Source: a virus
Lineage: Duplodnaviria; Caudoviricetes
Reading direction: 5' to 3' (one strand)
Length of the DNA stretch: 37,784 nucleotides
IMG/VR virus record: IMGVR_UViG_3300037045_000081
Location: 1 to 37,784 of that record
Below the pieces are notes generated by a model, which did not search any database, had not been told where the DNA came from, and saw only the letters and a list, made by a program, of their open reading frames with translations. Below, one piece after another: positions 26,501 to 36,992 of this stretch (position 1 is the stretch's first letter; each line of letters starts with the position of its first letter). The position numbers and the translations under genes were made by a program.

Positions 26501-28058
26501 CTATACGGCCGAGCTAAACAAGAAGGCCGAGGCATACGACCTAGCCGAGAGCGTGACATTTTCAATCCTAGATTTCCTCCCGGAAGCCCAGGAGATCCTC
26601 GCCAATGTACAGGCGGAAACGGCCAGATACCAGGCGGAACTTGAGGCCAAGGCGGCCGCGTTCGGGCTTGAGCAGGGAGTCGAATTTTCAATCGAGAGCT
26701 TTTTACCAGAGGCCGAGAAGATAGCCGAAAACGTCAAGGCAGAATTGGCAAGGTATACCGCCGAACTCACCGAGAAGGCCGAAAAATTCGCCCTTGAGCA
26801 GAGCGTCACTTTTTCAATCGACGACTTCCTGGCAGAAGCGAACACAATAGCCGCGAAGGGAGAAAAGCCCACATTCGACCGCCAGGTCCGGGAAATGAGC
26901 GAATTCGGCCGCGTGATAAACGACCTCGAGGACGCATGGAACGGCCTATCCGCGAACATAAAGAAGGACGCCAGGGACTGGAGCGACGTATTAGGGGACG
27001 TTTACACCACCGTAGAGGACCAGATCGCGGGCAGCCTTGAAACCCTGGGCCGGTCAATCGTGGAAGGCGGGGACGCATGGGACGGATGGGGAACATCAGC
27101 CCTCCGGGCCCTTGCCGGCGTCCTAAGATCCGTAGGATATCAGCTACTTGCCCAGGTCGCCCTGAACACCGTCCTCGGGATAACGGCGCTACTTACGGGA
27201 AATATTGCCGGATTCTTTGCAGCAGCAGGGTCAGCCGCCATCGGCCTGGCAGCAGCCGCAGCAGCGTTCGTCGGAGCCGGAATCATCGAGGGCCTGGCGG
27301 ACCAATACGATAAGGCAAACGAGGCGATAAACGAACACACGGACGCCCTCAAGGACCAGAACGAAGCCCTCCAGGAGAGCCGGGACCTATTCACCCGTGC
27401 AAGCATGGCCGCCGCAGCTTACGCGGCCGTCCTGGCCAAGGTATCCGCCAAAGCGACCGATTTTTACGAAGGGCTCCAGGACACCGGCGCGGACATCACA
27501 GAGAAGGTAATCGACGGGCTAACCCAGGGATTCGGCCGGGAAGATTTCCTCTACGCGATGCAAGAATACATCACAGAAAGCGTAGTCAAGGCCGCCGTAT
27601 TTACCGACGCGTTCATGGCCGAGGCCGCCACCATCGGAAGGGAAATAGCAGCGGGAATCGCCGGGGGATTCAGGACCGACCAGCTGCAGGGCCTCAAGGA
27701 TCGCCTGGCCGGCCTTTACGAGCAGGCAGCCACCGCCGCAGAGATCGCCACCGGCGTGGTCAATTCCGCGTTCGGATCCTATGACGTAGGGACCTTGAAC
27801 GTCCGAGGGGACCAGCTAGCCAGGATCCACAACCGCGAAATGATCCTCGAGCCGGGAATAGCAGAGCAGGCCAGGACCAGCGGAATCCATATCGGCCCGG
27901 TTTCCAGTATGGGGGACATGGCCAGGGGAAGCATGACACCAGCCGCGGCACAAATCCGCATAAGCGCAACCGGAACACTCCAGGTCGACGGCCGGGAAAT
28001 AGGCCGCGTCGCCTTCCAATTCGCAGACGAATTCCAAGGAAAAGCCTATGGCTATTGA
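23580..28058 (+). CDS. Tape measure protein
   Basis: 1492 aa, helical, YDGTLRFDTKID start, hydrophobic segments, C-terminal VDGREI. Confidence 0.93.
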   Translation: MTQGYDGTLRFDTKIDDRDLKPGLDKVKSNLQTAAQKMRDIMQGPVAVFQTVTRAVGALSAKVAAIESEWAYSEQTVAILNSTLRATGATSWTTSKAIQEMASKFQALTGYSSDTVLAMQNVLLGFKNIKGDNFEAASLQIINMAKVMKMDLASAAQAVGKALDDPIAGIDSLSRQGFRWTEQEKAMLKAMVETGKTAEAQKIIIDALATTFGGAAEAANNTASAMKDRLNVSQGELNKQIGKFISEALKPLRAELIQSTDRFTEWFKTLNENGNAAEILEGIAIGLAAVTGGVIAFMAVAKGHAIISALATALKAVGAAITGASPIGLIAAAITMVLIPAIIFLIKNWDEVVLVFKETIAKIGASFAILGSEIEESFVVGFNGAKIAVLNLAQAVTGPVLKGISKLLEVLGKLPFVGKMFNDAAASVKDFNSNLQGSIDKAKADSNQAIATAKTKQDAIQATQRAQIKAIMDEAKARKAVRDAAAQEAKNLKTSVDGLTLESEDAAPAGGTIPGKKDKDKTPADRLADLDAEFSAKIDLARVRGEDTTAIEAAWYKKRLNLLEDFVIESKQKGIEVAESLKANLGGVYKTIGAELDATMKKQLQMAGAPEGGAEWTILNFLPEAAEIADNVRAELERYTAELEAKAKEFELSQAIAHTIVDFLPEANELLANIQANLDQYTAGLQKKAEAYALEQSVTFSIMEFLPEAEALAGTIKAGLDAYTKALEEKAEAFDLAESVTFAIIDFLPEAQAIADNVKAELDKYTAELQAKADAYQLTEAVTFAITDFLPEAEAMAANIAAGIAAYTAELQAKADKYALEQAVTFAITDFLPEAQAIIDNIDAELARYTAELTAKAEAYNLTQVVAGSIMDAMPEAEALAASIQAGLELYREELTKKAEAYDLEQSVTFAITDFLPEAEAIKANIDAELERYKAELIAKAEAYALTQVVADSIMDFLPEAQALMDNIQTGLAAYTAELNKKAEAYDLAESVTFSILDFLPEAQEILANVQAETARYQAELEAKAAAFGLEQGVEFSIESFLPEAEKIAENVKAELARYTAELTEKAEKFALEQSVTFSIDDFLAEANTIAAKGEKPTFDRQVREMSEFGRVINDLEDAWNGLSANIKKDARDWSDVLGDVYTTVEDQIAGSLETLGRSIVEGGDAWDGWGTSALRALAGVLRSVGYQLLAQVALNTVLGITALLTGNIAGFFAAAGSAAIGLAAAAAAFVGAGIIEGLADQYDKANEAINEHTDALKDQNEALQESRDLFTRASMAAAAYAAVLAKVSAKATDFYEGLQDTGADITEKVIDGLTQGFGREDFLYAMQEYITESVVKAAVFTDAFMAEAATIGREIAAGIAGGFRTDQLQGLKDRLAGLYEQAATAAEIATGVVNSAFGSYDVGTLNVRGDQLARIHNREMILEPGIAEQARTSGIHIGPVSSMGDMARGSMTPAAAQIRISATGTLQVDGREIGRVAFQFADEFQGKAYGY
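25431..26850 (+). repeat. Eleven 126-nt (42-aa) tandem repeats plus a partial twelfth in the tape measure gene
   Basis: I.DFLPEA..I..N..AEL..YTAEL..KAE.Y.L.QSVTF; first unit at 25431, twelfth at 26817. Confidence 0.93.
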
Positions 28059-31000
28059 AGTACGAATTTCAGGGACCACCTACAAGGCCGCCGACGATAT
28101 CCTCATAAAGCAGCAGGCCGGCGCGGTTTCCATGACCAGCGTATCCGTCCTGAAGGGATCCAACCCCGCCCCGCAGCCCCTCCAATCAGCGCAAGTACGA
28201 ATCGGCGGGATCCCGGTTTTTTACGGCCTGATTGCCACCGTCCAGGACCCCAGGAGATCCACCGGATACGAGCCCGCCCGCTACACCCTGGAGATCCAAT
28301 CAATCGAGACGGTCCTGAATTTCCGCACGGCCAAGCGGAACTGGTACAACAAGCGCGTTGACCAGATCGTCCAAGATATTTTTAACGACTATTTAGCCGA
28401 GGAGGGCCTGACCCTCGGGGGGATTTCCACCACCACGGTCACGATCGGGGCCTACAGAAAGACCCATACGAAGCTTTCAGAGATCCTGGACGAATTAGCC
28501 GCCAAGGTAGACGGGGCCAGCTACTACATAGCCCCGGATAAGAAATTCTATTTCCTGGTCCGGGACGAATTTCAGGCAATCGAGGCCCCGGACAGGGTCA
28601 CGAATATGAGCCGCTCGAGATCCTACGGGGACTTGCGAACCGTCCAGATCGTGAAGGGAGCATCAGCCGGGATCCATGCCACATGGACTAATACCGCACT
28701 CAAGGCCGCGATATCAGCCCTTTCCGGGACCAGCGGAAAGATCGAATCCCTCCGGGACGATTCCACCATTCGCAACCCAACGGCCGCAGCCACGGAGGCA
28801 GAGGACACCGCCACCCGCCACGCCGAGAATGAGCAGACGATCCATTGCGAGGTCGAAGGGATAGCAGGGACCGACCTTTACACCCTATGGGACATCGCCG
28901 CCACCCGCGAGGTCGAGGGGGAAACCATCCCGACCAAATGGCCGGCCGAGTATGCCGGGGAATACGTCGTCATTGAACGGACCATATCCGGATCCGGAGG
29001 AAAGATCCAGACAGCCCTCACCTTACGAAACCGGAACTACTTCGCCCGCTACGGCTACACGGTCAGGGCCATAGCCGCAGGGAACGCACTAGCCAATGAG
29101 CGCCTGATCGAAGAATACAGCCCGGACAGGCTCACGCCAACAAAGAAAATCAGCGCCCGCAGGGATTTCCTGGCCGCAGGCGACACCGTGACAGCCCTTG
29201 ACGCCCAGGCAGACGCCCTGGGAATCACCACGGAAAAAGCGACATTCGACGCCGCATTCCAGGCCCTCGGGGACTACTTAAACGCCGGGGATCCATGGGA
29301 CGGGGAAGCGACCCCCGCATGGCTGACCGATGAGGCCATGACATTCACCGAGGAGATCGACGGCTCCGAATACGAGGCCGCCTGGTCAGCCTACTACAGC
29401 GCGAAGGCAACCCTTGAGGCCGCGATTTCCCAGGCTAAGGAAGCAGCAATCATCGAGCAGGCCGCACAGGAAGCCCCCAACCGAATGCCCCGCTACCACG
29501 GACCCCTCGAGTACCCCGCCACCCCCGACACGCCCCGCGAAAACGACCTTTTCCTTTCCTATTCCACGACTGCCGGCGACGAATACCGGAGCATGAAAAA
29601 ACTCACGGACGTTGCCGGGACCATGGAATGGATCCGAACCGTGGACCCGACGGACATTGAACACGGGATCCGGGATATATCGGACATCACAAACCGCCGA
29701 GACGAAGCCGGGACAAGAATTTACGGACTCCCCGAGGAATACGGCGTTTCCGAAACATCGATCGCCCATATCCGCCTGGGATTGATCGACATACTCAAGG
29801 CGGACGAAGTAGAGGTCCGGGGGACAGTCAAGGCCGAACGGGGCCATTTTCGCGGGCAGATCGAATCGCCGCCGATAAAAACCGAGGCCGCCCAGGTCCC
29901 CGGAATTATCACACCCCTCGCAACCCATTGGAGGGGGGACCAATTCGCCGCCCACATTGCCAGCCTGGCCGACGGGCTCCACAGCGCAACCGGGACATTC
30001 GACGGGAAAGCCGTTGACGCCATAATAAAAGGAGCTGGACATAACTATTATCTAAACGCCACCGCAACCCGCCTATATGGGGGGAATTGGCAGACCGCCG
30101 ACACCGTCGTCGCGGGGATATCCGGTCAGGTAGCCTTATCCTTCGATATGAGCATAGGGACGAGTGGCCAGACAGCCTACGGGCGAATATTGAAAAACGG
30201 AATAGAAATATTCAGCGCCCAAACCGGAACAATCATTCCAAGCTACCAGACATTTTCAAAAACCGAAAACGTCACGAAGGGCGACACAATACTATTTCAA
30301 TTCAAGGCAAGCCGTTTCCTATGGGTAGACTACTGGACATATTACCGGAACCTGAAAATTTCATCCATTGCCGGAACGTGCGGAATTCGCCACACGGACG
30401 GAGAGCATTTTTTCATAAGCCCCACGACCTACTACACCATCGAGGGAGCGGTCACGGTTCCACCCCTGGCCGAATACAATTTCGGATGGATGAAGGGCTA
30501 TTTCATCGGGACAGCCCTGGCCACCATGCTCCAAGCCGCCGGCGGATCGATATGGCAGCGAAACGACCTAGAGCCGAACAAATGGTCCGAAACCTACGGG
30601 GCCTCAATAACGAATTATTTCGCAGGGAAAGCCTGTACCGCCTACGAGATCCAGGACACCGGGACCGTCCTCTATAACGAAGACGGGACCACAACGAAAA
30701 TCTACTACGGGACCATGTACGCTTATTCGACAGCAAACAAGCTCTACCCCATGAGCAGAGGCGCCCGATTTACCGTAGGAGGCTACCGTTTCGAGACAGG
30801 AAACCCTGTTCCCATCCAGCGGATTGAGAACACAAACCCGATGGAGGACAACAGCCATTTTTCCGTCATTAGCCTGAACTCCCCGGAGCATAACCACGAC
30901 CCCCTCGCCAAGTACGAATCGACCTGGGCAAAGACCGTAAAATGGTTTTACAACCTATATCACGAATTCGTCAGCGACGACTCATTCCACAACCTGGTCG

Positions 31001-31956
31001 AGGAGAACCTTTCCGAGACGATAGCCCACGATGCCAGCCTCAAGCGGTTCACCCGCATAAGCGGGAATTTCCATACTTTCCTTGACGGAGTGGACGAATT
31101 CGAGGTCAAAGGCTATTCCGGGGCCTATGTAGGGAATAACGGGATATATCGCGGCCTGGACGTTCACACCCTTTACGTCGGATATACCACATTCGAGGGA
31201 GCGACCCCCGTCACCGCCCCGGCCATGGGGGGAATCAAGATCGGTAAGGAATCGTTCGAGGGATCCACGACCAAGATTTCCATTGACGCAGCCGCGAAGA
31301 CTATAACCAGGTCAGCTGGCACATTTTCCCGGAGCTTGATTGGGCCTGGGGAATACTTGGAGCTTTACGGCCTAGCTTCCGCAAATAACGGATTCTACCG
31401 GATAATCGAGATGGTTTCATCCACGGTCCTGAAATACGACGTTACCATGGGGAACACCCCCGTCACCGCCGCGAACGTTGCTGGCGTCCTGGTACGCTAC
31501 CCGATCCGACACGTTCACGCGATCCTAAATTTTGGCAATTCGACCTATGAGCTGCACAAGCCCCGCGTCCAATGGGGATACCAAAAGGGAGCAGGCGCCT
31601 ACGAATTCGGCATGGAATACAGCCACGCAACAAAGCGGGCATATATTCCAGGCGGCCGCAGGAGAGGCGGAAACGTCCACGCAGCCACGACCAGCGGGAG
31701 CCTTTTCACCACATTAAATGCGGTTTTGCAGTATGTCGGAGAAGATATAGTCTTGCACGGGGGATTGAAATATACCACCGCCGTCGAAGGGCCACCGGGC
31801 GATTGGACATATACCGATCACAGAGTCGTCGCATCTTACGCAGTAAAAATATCAGCATCAGTAATCCGGATTTACGGCCTGGACGGGACAGCCCTGGAAC
31901 AATTCGACGCCATAAGCGGGAGCGCCGAAGCCATCACGGTTTCAATTTCATGGTAA
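28048..31956 (+). CDS. Tail tip / hub and host-specificity protein
   Basis: 1302 aa directly after the tape measure gene; hub-like N-terminus, helical middle, beta-rich C-terminus. Confidence 0.75.
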   Translation: MAIEVRISGTTYKAADDILIKQQAGAVSMTSVSVLKGSNPAPQPLQSAQVRIGGIPVFYGLIATVQDPRRSTGYEPARYTLEIQSIETVLNFRTAKRNWYNKRVDQIVQDIFNDYLAEEGLTLGGISTTTVTIGAYRKTHTKLSEILDELAAKVDGASYYIAPDKKFYFLVRDEFQAIEAPDRVTNMSRSRSYGDLRTVQIVKGASAGIHATWTNTALKAAISALSGTSGKIESLRDDSTIRNPTAAATEAEDTATRHAENEQTIHCEVEGIAGTDLYTLWDIAATREVEGETIPTKWPAEYAGEYVVIERTISGSGGKIQTALTLRNRNYFARYGYTVRAIAAGNALANERLIEEYSPDRLTPTKKISARRDFLAAGDTVTALDAQADALGITTEKATFDAAFQALGDYLNAGDPWDGEATPAWLTDEAMTFTEEIDGSEYEAAWSAYYSAKATLEAAISQAKEAAIIEQAAQEAPNRMPRYHGPLEYPATPDTPRENDLFLSYSTTAGDEYRSMKKLTDVAGTMEWIRTVDPTDIEHGIRDISDITNRRDEAGTRIYGLPEEYGVSETSIAHIRLGLIDILKADEVEVRGTVKAERGHFRGQIESPPIKTEAAQVPGIITPLATHWRGDQFAAHIASLADGLHSATGTFDGKAVDAIIKGAGHNYYLNATATRLYGGNWQTADTVVAGISGQVALSFDMSIGTSGQTAYGRILKNGIEIFSAQTGTIIPSYQTFSKTENVTKGDTILFQFKASRFLWVDYWTYYRNLKISSIAGTCGIRHTDGEHFFISPTTYYTIEGAVTVPPLAEYNFGWMKGYFIGTALATMLQAAGGSIWQRNDLEPNKWSETYGASITNYFAGKACTAYEIQDTGTVLYNEDGTTTKIYYGTMYAYSTANKLYPMSRGARFTVGGYRFETGNPVPIQRIENTNPMEDNSHFSVISLNSPEHNHDPLAKYESTWAKTVKWFYNLYHEFVSDDSFHNLVEENLSETIAHDASLKRFTRISGNFHTFLDGVDEFEVKGYSGAYVGNNGIYRGLDVHTLYVGYTTFEGATPVTAPAMGGIKIGKESFEGSTTKISIDAAAKTITRSAGTFSRSLIGPGEYLELYGLASANNGFYRIIEMVSSTVLKYDVTMGNTPVTAANVAGVLVRYPIRHVHAILNFGNSTYELHKPRVQWGYQKGAGAYEFGMEYSHATKRAYIPGGRRRGGNVHAATTSGSLFTTLNAVLQYVGEDIVLHGGLKYTTAVEGPPGDWTYTDHRVVASYAVKISASVIRIYGLDGTALEQFDAISGSAEAITVSISW

Positions 31957-31969
31957 GGGAGGACCACAC

Positions 31970-32302
31970 ATGAACATAACACTAAACCTGGCAGCCATCG
32001 GGCAGATCCTCGCCATAGTAACCGCCATCGGGGCGATATGGGCAACACAGCACCAAAGGAGGCTCATAGCCGTGAAGGAAGGAGAACGCAACGCAGAGAT
32101 GAAAGCCCTTCAAGAGAAAATCAAAGCCCAGGAGGGAACCATTAAAGGACTAGAGGACAAGATCCACAAGACGGACGTCGACCTGGGCAAAATGAATCAA
32201 AAGATCGATATGCAAACCGAGATCCTCCAAGAGATCAAGGACAGGATCGACAAGATAGCACCGCCCACGGTTCACCCGCAGGCCAGGGAGGCGCGGAATT
32301 GA
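31970..32302 (+). CDS. Holin-like protein (one TM plus coiled coil)
   Basis: N-terminal hydrophobic helix; adjacent to the endolysin. Confidence 0.6.
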   Translation: MNITLNLAAIGQILAIVTAIGAIWATQHQRRLIAVKEGERNAEMKALQEKIKAQEGTIKGLEDKIHKTDVDLGKMNQKIDMQTEILQEIKDRIDKIAPPTVHPQAREARN

Positions 32303-32787
32303 GCACAAAGATCGACGACCTGGCCGAGCCCTTCCGGGCCAAGGCGAAAGCGTTTTACGAAGCCATTAGCCAGGACCCCAGGCTAAAGGACCTGGGAGCG
32401 GCCGGTTTTATAGTCCTGGAGACCAGGCGGAAGGAAGAGACCCAGGCAGCCTATTTCGCCCGCCTCCTGGCCAGCTGCGCGCCCGCGAAGTACCGGAAGC
32501 AAGCCATCCTATTCGTCCAGGCCGTTTACAAAATGGCCGGGCTTTACGAGGTCCCCGCGACCGAAGCCCTGAAGCCCGTGACCTGGACCATGCAGAGCCG
32601 TCACCTAGAGGGCCTAGCCTTGGATATATGGCCATCGAGGGACGGAAAGCGGATATGGTGGGCCCCGCCCACATGGGCCGGATGGGCCCGCATGGCCGAG
32701 ATCGCCAAGGACCACGGCATCGAAGCCGGATATACATGGGCAGGGGATGAGCAAGATCCTCCCCATTTTCAGGAGGCACGAAATTGA
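32299..32787 (+). CDS. Endolysin, M15-family zinc peptidase
   Basis: ET.R..E.Q, SRHLEGLALD (SxHxxGxAxD), DPPHFQ. Confidence 0.88.
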   Translation: MSTKIDDLAEPFRAKAKAFYEAISQDPRLKDLGAAGFIVLETRRKEETQAAYFARLLASCAPAKYRKQAILFVQAVYKMAGLYEVPATEALKPVTWTMQSRHLEGLALDIWPSRDGKRIWWAPPTWAGWARMAEIAKDHGIEAGYTWAGDEQDPPHFQEARN

Positions 32788-33038
32788 AATTCCAGCCACT
32801 AACCAAGGCCGCGACATACTGGTCGGCACTTTTTAGCATCCTGGCTATATTCTTCGCCACCCTAGCCCTTGACCAGGAAGGCGCCCAGCTAATCGCAAAA
32901 ACTATAGTCGCCGCGATTATAACCCTATCAGGGATATCCCAGGGGCTCAACGTAGCCAACAACGTCCAGCGATCCGCCCTATATAAGCCAGAGTTAGACA
33001 AGGAGAAAGACTCAAATGCTAAAACCAGCAGCCGTTGA
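32784..33038 (+). CDS. Holin (two TM helices)
   Basis: Two hydrophobic helices, charged C-terminus; TTGA overlap with the endolysin. Confidence 0.7.
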   Translation: MKFQPLTKAATYWSALFSILAIFFATLALDQEGAQLIAKTIVAAIITLSGISQGLNVANNVQRSALYKPELDKEKDSNAKTSSR

Positions 33039-34491
33039 ATTTTCCGTTGCGAACGGGAACGCGATCCTCCAGGGCTCCCCCTGGGGAGCGGAAATCACCA
33101 TCACGGAGAGGGAGGACGGCGTTGACACCCCCGTCGATATATCGGGGATGCTAGGATCCTGCGTTATAAAAAACAGCGCCAAAAGCCCCGAGATCCTCGC
33201 GGTCCCGTATTTTTTGATAGTAGACGGCCCAGCCGGAAAATTTTCCCTTGCCCTGACCGCAGAGGAAACCGCAGCCATCACCACGCCGGGGAAAAGCCAC
33301 AGGGAGACCTCAAGGCTATATTTCGAGGCCCACCTGGACGAATTCCGGATCCTTCACGGAACCATTGAAGTGGTCCCGAGCATCGCCACAGCAGGGACCC
33401 CGCCCGTGGTAAACCCCTTCACCGGAGGGACAGGACCCCAGGGGCCGCAAGGCCCGAAGGGAGATCCCGGAAACACCGGCCCCCAAGGACCGCAAGGGAT
33501 CCAAGGGCCGCAAGGGATCCAAGGGATCCAGGGACCGGCCGGAGTCGTCGGGCCATGTTTAATATGGCAGCGATTCCCAGGGCTAGGGGCCGCCGGATGC
33601 AGCCACCTAGAGAAAATCGGGAGAACCGCAATCCTGGCGGTACGAAAATCACCGCTAAACGCGCTCCTCAGATCCACGGACGGCGGATATTCATGGGCTG
33701 AAATTTCCTTAGGATACCCATACATTGCCAGAAGCGCGGACTTCCAAGATGGATTCGAAAATGGAAATGTATTGAATTGTGGACTAAACGATATATCGAA
33801 ATCGTCCGACTATGGCGAATCATTCACGGTTAAACACCACGACAACGGCGCAAATTTTCAAGGAGTCTATGCTTTATCGACAACGGTAGCCATAGCCCTA
33901 GACATTGTACAAAGCCGGATACTACGAACAATCGACGGAGGGGAAACCTGGGGAATCGCCCAATCACTACGGGCAGCGAATACAAATTTTAGGGGATTTA
34001 TTAAGTATTCTACCACTACGGGGATCCTCTGCGAACTTTACAACGGAGCAACATATTTTTGGAAAACCACGGACGCAGGGGCCACGTGGAACCAAATATC
34101 CAGCATCGCAGACAGTAGAACCCCCTACGGTTTCACCTACCTCGGGGACAATATTTATATCGTAGCCATAGGGGACTCGGCCTCCCAGGCCGGGATATAT
34201 AGATCAACAAACGGATGCGCCACATGGACGAAACTGGCCAAATGGCCAGGCTGGCCAAGCTCGAAAACATTTTTGTGGTTTCAAAAATTGCCATCCGGAA
34301 GGATTATGACCAACGCAGACGCAGCCGGGGAGGTCTACACATTCAACGATGATTGTACAGTATGGACCCTTCACGGACGGCTAGATAATAGCGGAAATTC
34401 CGGGGCCGTCCTCGAGGTTTCCTCAAAATGCTTTTTGATCGGAGGAAACGGGGCCGCTTCGCTTTATTCACTTACCGAAATAACCCCGTAA
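33016..34491 (+). CDS. Receptor-binding / fibre protein: BppU-like N-terminus, collagen, Asp-box beta-propeller
   Basis: LALTAEET; GPQ repeats; [40 protein letters not shown]. Confidence 0.8.
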   Translation: MLKPAAVEFSVANGNAILQGSPWGAEITITEREDGVDTPVDISGMLGSCVIKNSAKSPEILAVPYFLIVDGPAGKFSLALTAEETAAITTPGKSHRETSRLYFEAHLDEFRILHGTIEVVPSIATAGTPPVVNPFTGGTGPQGPQGPKGDPGNTGPQGPQGIQGPQGIQGIQGPAGVVGPCLIWQRFPGLGAAGCSHLEKIGRTAILAVRKSPLNALLRSTDGGYSWAEISLGYPYIARSADFQDGFENGNVLNCGLNDISKSSDYGESFTVKHHDNGANFQGVYALSTTVAIALDIVQSRILRTIDGGETWGIAQSLRAANTNFRGFIKYSTTTGILCELYNGATYFWKTTDAGATWNQISSIADSRTPYGFTYLGDNIYIVAIGDSASQAGIYRSTNGCATWTKLAKWPGWPSSKTFLWFQKLPSGRIMTNADAAGEVYTFNDDCTVWTLHGRLDNSGNSGAVLEVSSKCFLIGGNGAASLYSLTEITP

Positions 34492-34506
34492 GGGGAAGGG
34501 GAATTT

Positions 34507-35220
34507 ATGGCAGAGATAATCTATACCATTTCGACGGAGCGGAACCCCGTATCGTACACGGTCAATATCGGCAGCCCAGGGCCGCGAGGACTGAAGGGAG
34601 ACAAGGGGGACCAGGGAGATCCAGGGCCGCAGGGAGCCCAGGGAATACAAGGCCCAGCCGGACCCCAGGGAGCTACCGGGCCGCAAGGCCCCACCGGACC
34701 AACCGGGGCCACAGGAGCCCAAGGACCGAAAGGGGACACGGGAGCTGCAGGGCCCCAAGGCGAGACGGGCCCGCAAGGTCCACAGGGAGACACCGGGCCC
34801 CAGGGACCGCAGGGGATCCAGGGCCCGACCGGGCCACAAGGCCCCGAAGGGCCCCAAGGAATCCAGGGGATCCAGGGCGAAGACGGACCCCAGGGACTCC
34901 AAGGGATCCAGGGGGAGCAAGGCCCCGCAGGCGCGACAGGCGTCCAGGGCCCACAGGGAACCCCCGGCGAGAGCTACGAAGGATATTCCACATTCTGCAC
35001 GGGCAAGGACGCCAACGGGATTTTTACACAGATCGACTACAAAGACGACGCCGGGATCCTCCGCAAGCGATCCGTACTATCCGGCGGCACTTCCCCGGCC
35101 TACACAACCAGAACCGTGACCATTTACGCGGCCGACGGAATCACCGTTACCGAAACCCGCGTATACGCCCTGACCTATGACACGGACGGGGACCTGATCA
35201 CCGAGGAGGAAACCGCATGA
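34507..35220 (+). CDS. Collagen-like fibre protein
   Basis: More than 40 Gly-X-Y triplets; C-terminal [21 protein letters not shown] domain. Confidence 0.85.
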   Translation: MAEIIYTISTERNPVSYTVNIGSPGPRGLKGDKGDQGDPGPQGAQGIQGPAGPQGATGPQGPTGPTGATGAQGPKGDTGAAGPQGETGPQGPQGDTGPQGPQGIQGPTGPQGPEGPQGIQGIQGEDGPQGLQGIQGEQGPAGATGVQGPQGTPGESYEGYSTFCTGKDANGIFTQIDYKDDAGILRKRSVLSGGTSPAYTTRTVTIYAADGITVTETRVYALTYDTDGDLITEEETA

Positions 35221-36359
35221 AATCAGACCTTGAGCTACACCGCGTTATAGGCCGGAAGATAGCGCCTCGGGATTATGGATGGGGCCGCCCGGTGGACTGG
35301 CCGGATGTTCCCCCATACGAGGAGGGAGACCAAGGCTTTACCGGGCTGGCAATAATTCCAGAGCAAGGAGCGACCCTGTTTTTCAAAATGGTAGCAACTA
35401 CCGGCGGAACGATGGGGCATATTGATTGGGGGGATGGATCGGCCCCGGAGAGTATTGTTTCAGATACCCAATACAGCCACGCATATATATACAACGCCGT
35501 CCCTGGGGGAATTGTCCCGAGCGTAGGGGCGAAAATAGCGAAGGCTGTTTTTACAGCCTCGGCCGGGAAAAGTATCAGAGAAATTTATCTTACAAGGCCC
35601 ACAACAACAGACAAAAGTACCGTTCCGTGGCTGGATGTTCACGCCGCGAGCCCTAGCCTTGAGATATTTTGGCCTCATTCGGCCTCTTTGACATATCTTC
35701 GATTACTACAAAGCATAACCTTTCATGGAGAAGTCAATTACGGAGCAAGATCTTTTAGTTTTCAAGGATATCCAGCTTTGCAATATATAAGGCTTAAATC
35801 GTCTACGCCATTAGGACCACTCCCCCCAGCAGGGTGGAGTTATCCTTTCTACGCCCTGCCATCGCTAATCAGGGCTGACATCAACTGGGGAATAATAAGC
35901 AAAGATCTTTCTTCGGTTTTTCAAGGGTGTACGAATTTAGTAGAAGGCCCACCCATAAATGCGCCTAACGCGGTATCAGTAGGGAATTTATTTTATGGAT
36001 GTAACAACATGATTAAGGTGGGAACCATCAATTTACCATTGAACGAATTCGCACAAGGAATGTTCACAAATTGTTACAGTTTGAAGAAAATCCCTGCGAT
36101 TGATTTTAATTTCGTAACATCCGCCGGATACTTTGCAAAAGACTGCTACAGCCTCGAAGTATGCGACGTTTTCAATATTGGATGCTCGATTGAATTCAGC
36201 AATACCCGTCTCTCTCGCGATGAGCTAGTCAAGATTTTTGGCAACCTCAAGACCGTAGTAGGGAAGACAATCACCATCACCGGATCGGCGGGAGCCGCAG
36301 CCCTCAGCGCCGCAGACCGAGCCATCGCCACGGATAAGGGCTGGACTATTTCAGGATAA
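35217..36359 (+). CDS. PKD-like plus LRR (BspA/DUF285-like) putative adhesin
   Basis: IDWGDGS; repeats [27 protein letters not shown]; IAT.KGWTI end. Confidence 0.75.
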   Translation: MKSDLELHRVIGRKIAPRDYGWGRPVDWPDVPPYEEGDQGFTGLAIIPEQGATLFFKMVATTGGTMGHIDWGDGSAPESIVSDTQYSHAYIYNAVPGGIVPSVGAKIAKAVFTASAGKSIREIYLTRPTTTDKSTVPWLDVHAASPSLEIFWPHSASLTYLRLLQSITFHGEVNYGARSFSFQGYPALQYIRLKSSTPLGPLPPAGWSYPFYALPSLIRADINWGIISKDLSSVFQGCTNLVEGPPINAPNAVSVGNLFYGCNNMIKVGTINLPLNEFAQGMFTNCYSLKKIPAIDFNFVTSAGYFAKDCYSLEVCDVFNIGCSIEFSNTRLSRDELVKIFGNLKTVVGKTITITGSAGAAALSAADRAIATDKGWTISG

Positions 36360-36369
36360 AGGAGGATTC

Positions 36370-36567
36370 ATGGACACGAGCGGATTTTACAAGTACCAGG
36401 ACGGGCAGCTATTTTTCGGCCCGAATTTCGTCGAATCGAAAGCCTACAGCCTCCGGAGGGAGAATAGGGAAAGCCTAGCCCTCCCCATAGACGGCTGGCA
36501 TTGGTTCGATTCCAGGGAGGAGGCCCTGGCCTATTTCGGGATCGAGGATCCCGAGGGGACACGATGA
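36370..36567 (+). CDS. Small protein, possible fibre chaperone
   Basis: AAGGAGG RBS; GFYK..GPNFV..PIDGW.WFDS.EEA. Confidence 0.7.
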   Translation: MDTSGFYKYQDGQLFFGPNFVESKAYSLRRENRESLALPIDGWHWFDSREEALAYFGIEDPEGTR

Positions 36568-36992
36568 ATGCAGCAACGAAAGCGGCGATTTTTATTCTAT
36601 GCCTTTTTATTGTCGGCGGTGGCGGCTTTTTCGCAGGCTATCGATACGGATATCCCGCAGGCTATACCGCCGGGGACACCGCCGGCAGAGCAGCAGAGCG
36701 CCGAACAATGGCCGAATCAGCCCGCGCCGATTCCATTAAATTTAGCCTCGAGCTTGAGAGAATTATCGGCCAAGCTAAGGAGCGAAGCGGCCGGATGGAG
36801 GACGGAATCAGGGGAGCTATTGAAGCTGGTCGAGGTATTGCAGGCATCATTGAGCGAGGCGGAAGCAGAGCGGACGTCCTTGACGCAATCGCTGGACAGC
36901 TTGACGGCCTGGCAAGCGCAATCGAGCGCAGCGCACGCCCAGGAAATAGCGGCTATCCGATCCGCCCTGGAGGCCGAAATAGCGAGGATTGA
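36564..36992 (+). CDS. i-spanin-like protein (N-terminal TM plus helical domain)
   Basis: ATGA overlap; AAIFILCLFIVGGGGFFAG TM segment. Confidence 0.55.
   Translation: MNAATKAAIFILCLFIVGGGGFFAGYRYGYPAGYTAGDTAGRAAERRTMAESARADSIKFSLELERIIGQAKERSGRMEDGIRGAIEAGRGIAGIIERGGSRADVLDAIAGQLDGLASAIERSARPGNSGYPIRPGGRNSED

Noticed and set aside
33016-36359. Diversity-generating retroelement or invertible fibre cassette
   Set aside because: No reverse transcriptase, no TR/VR pair and no invertase or inverted tip copies seen
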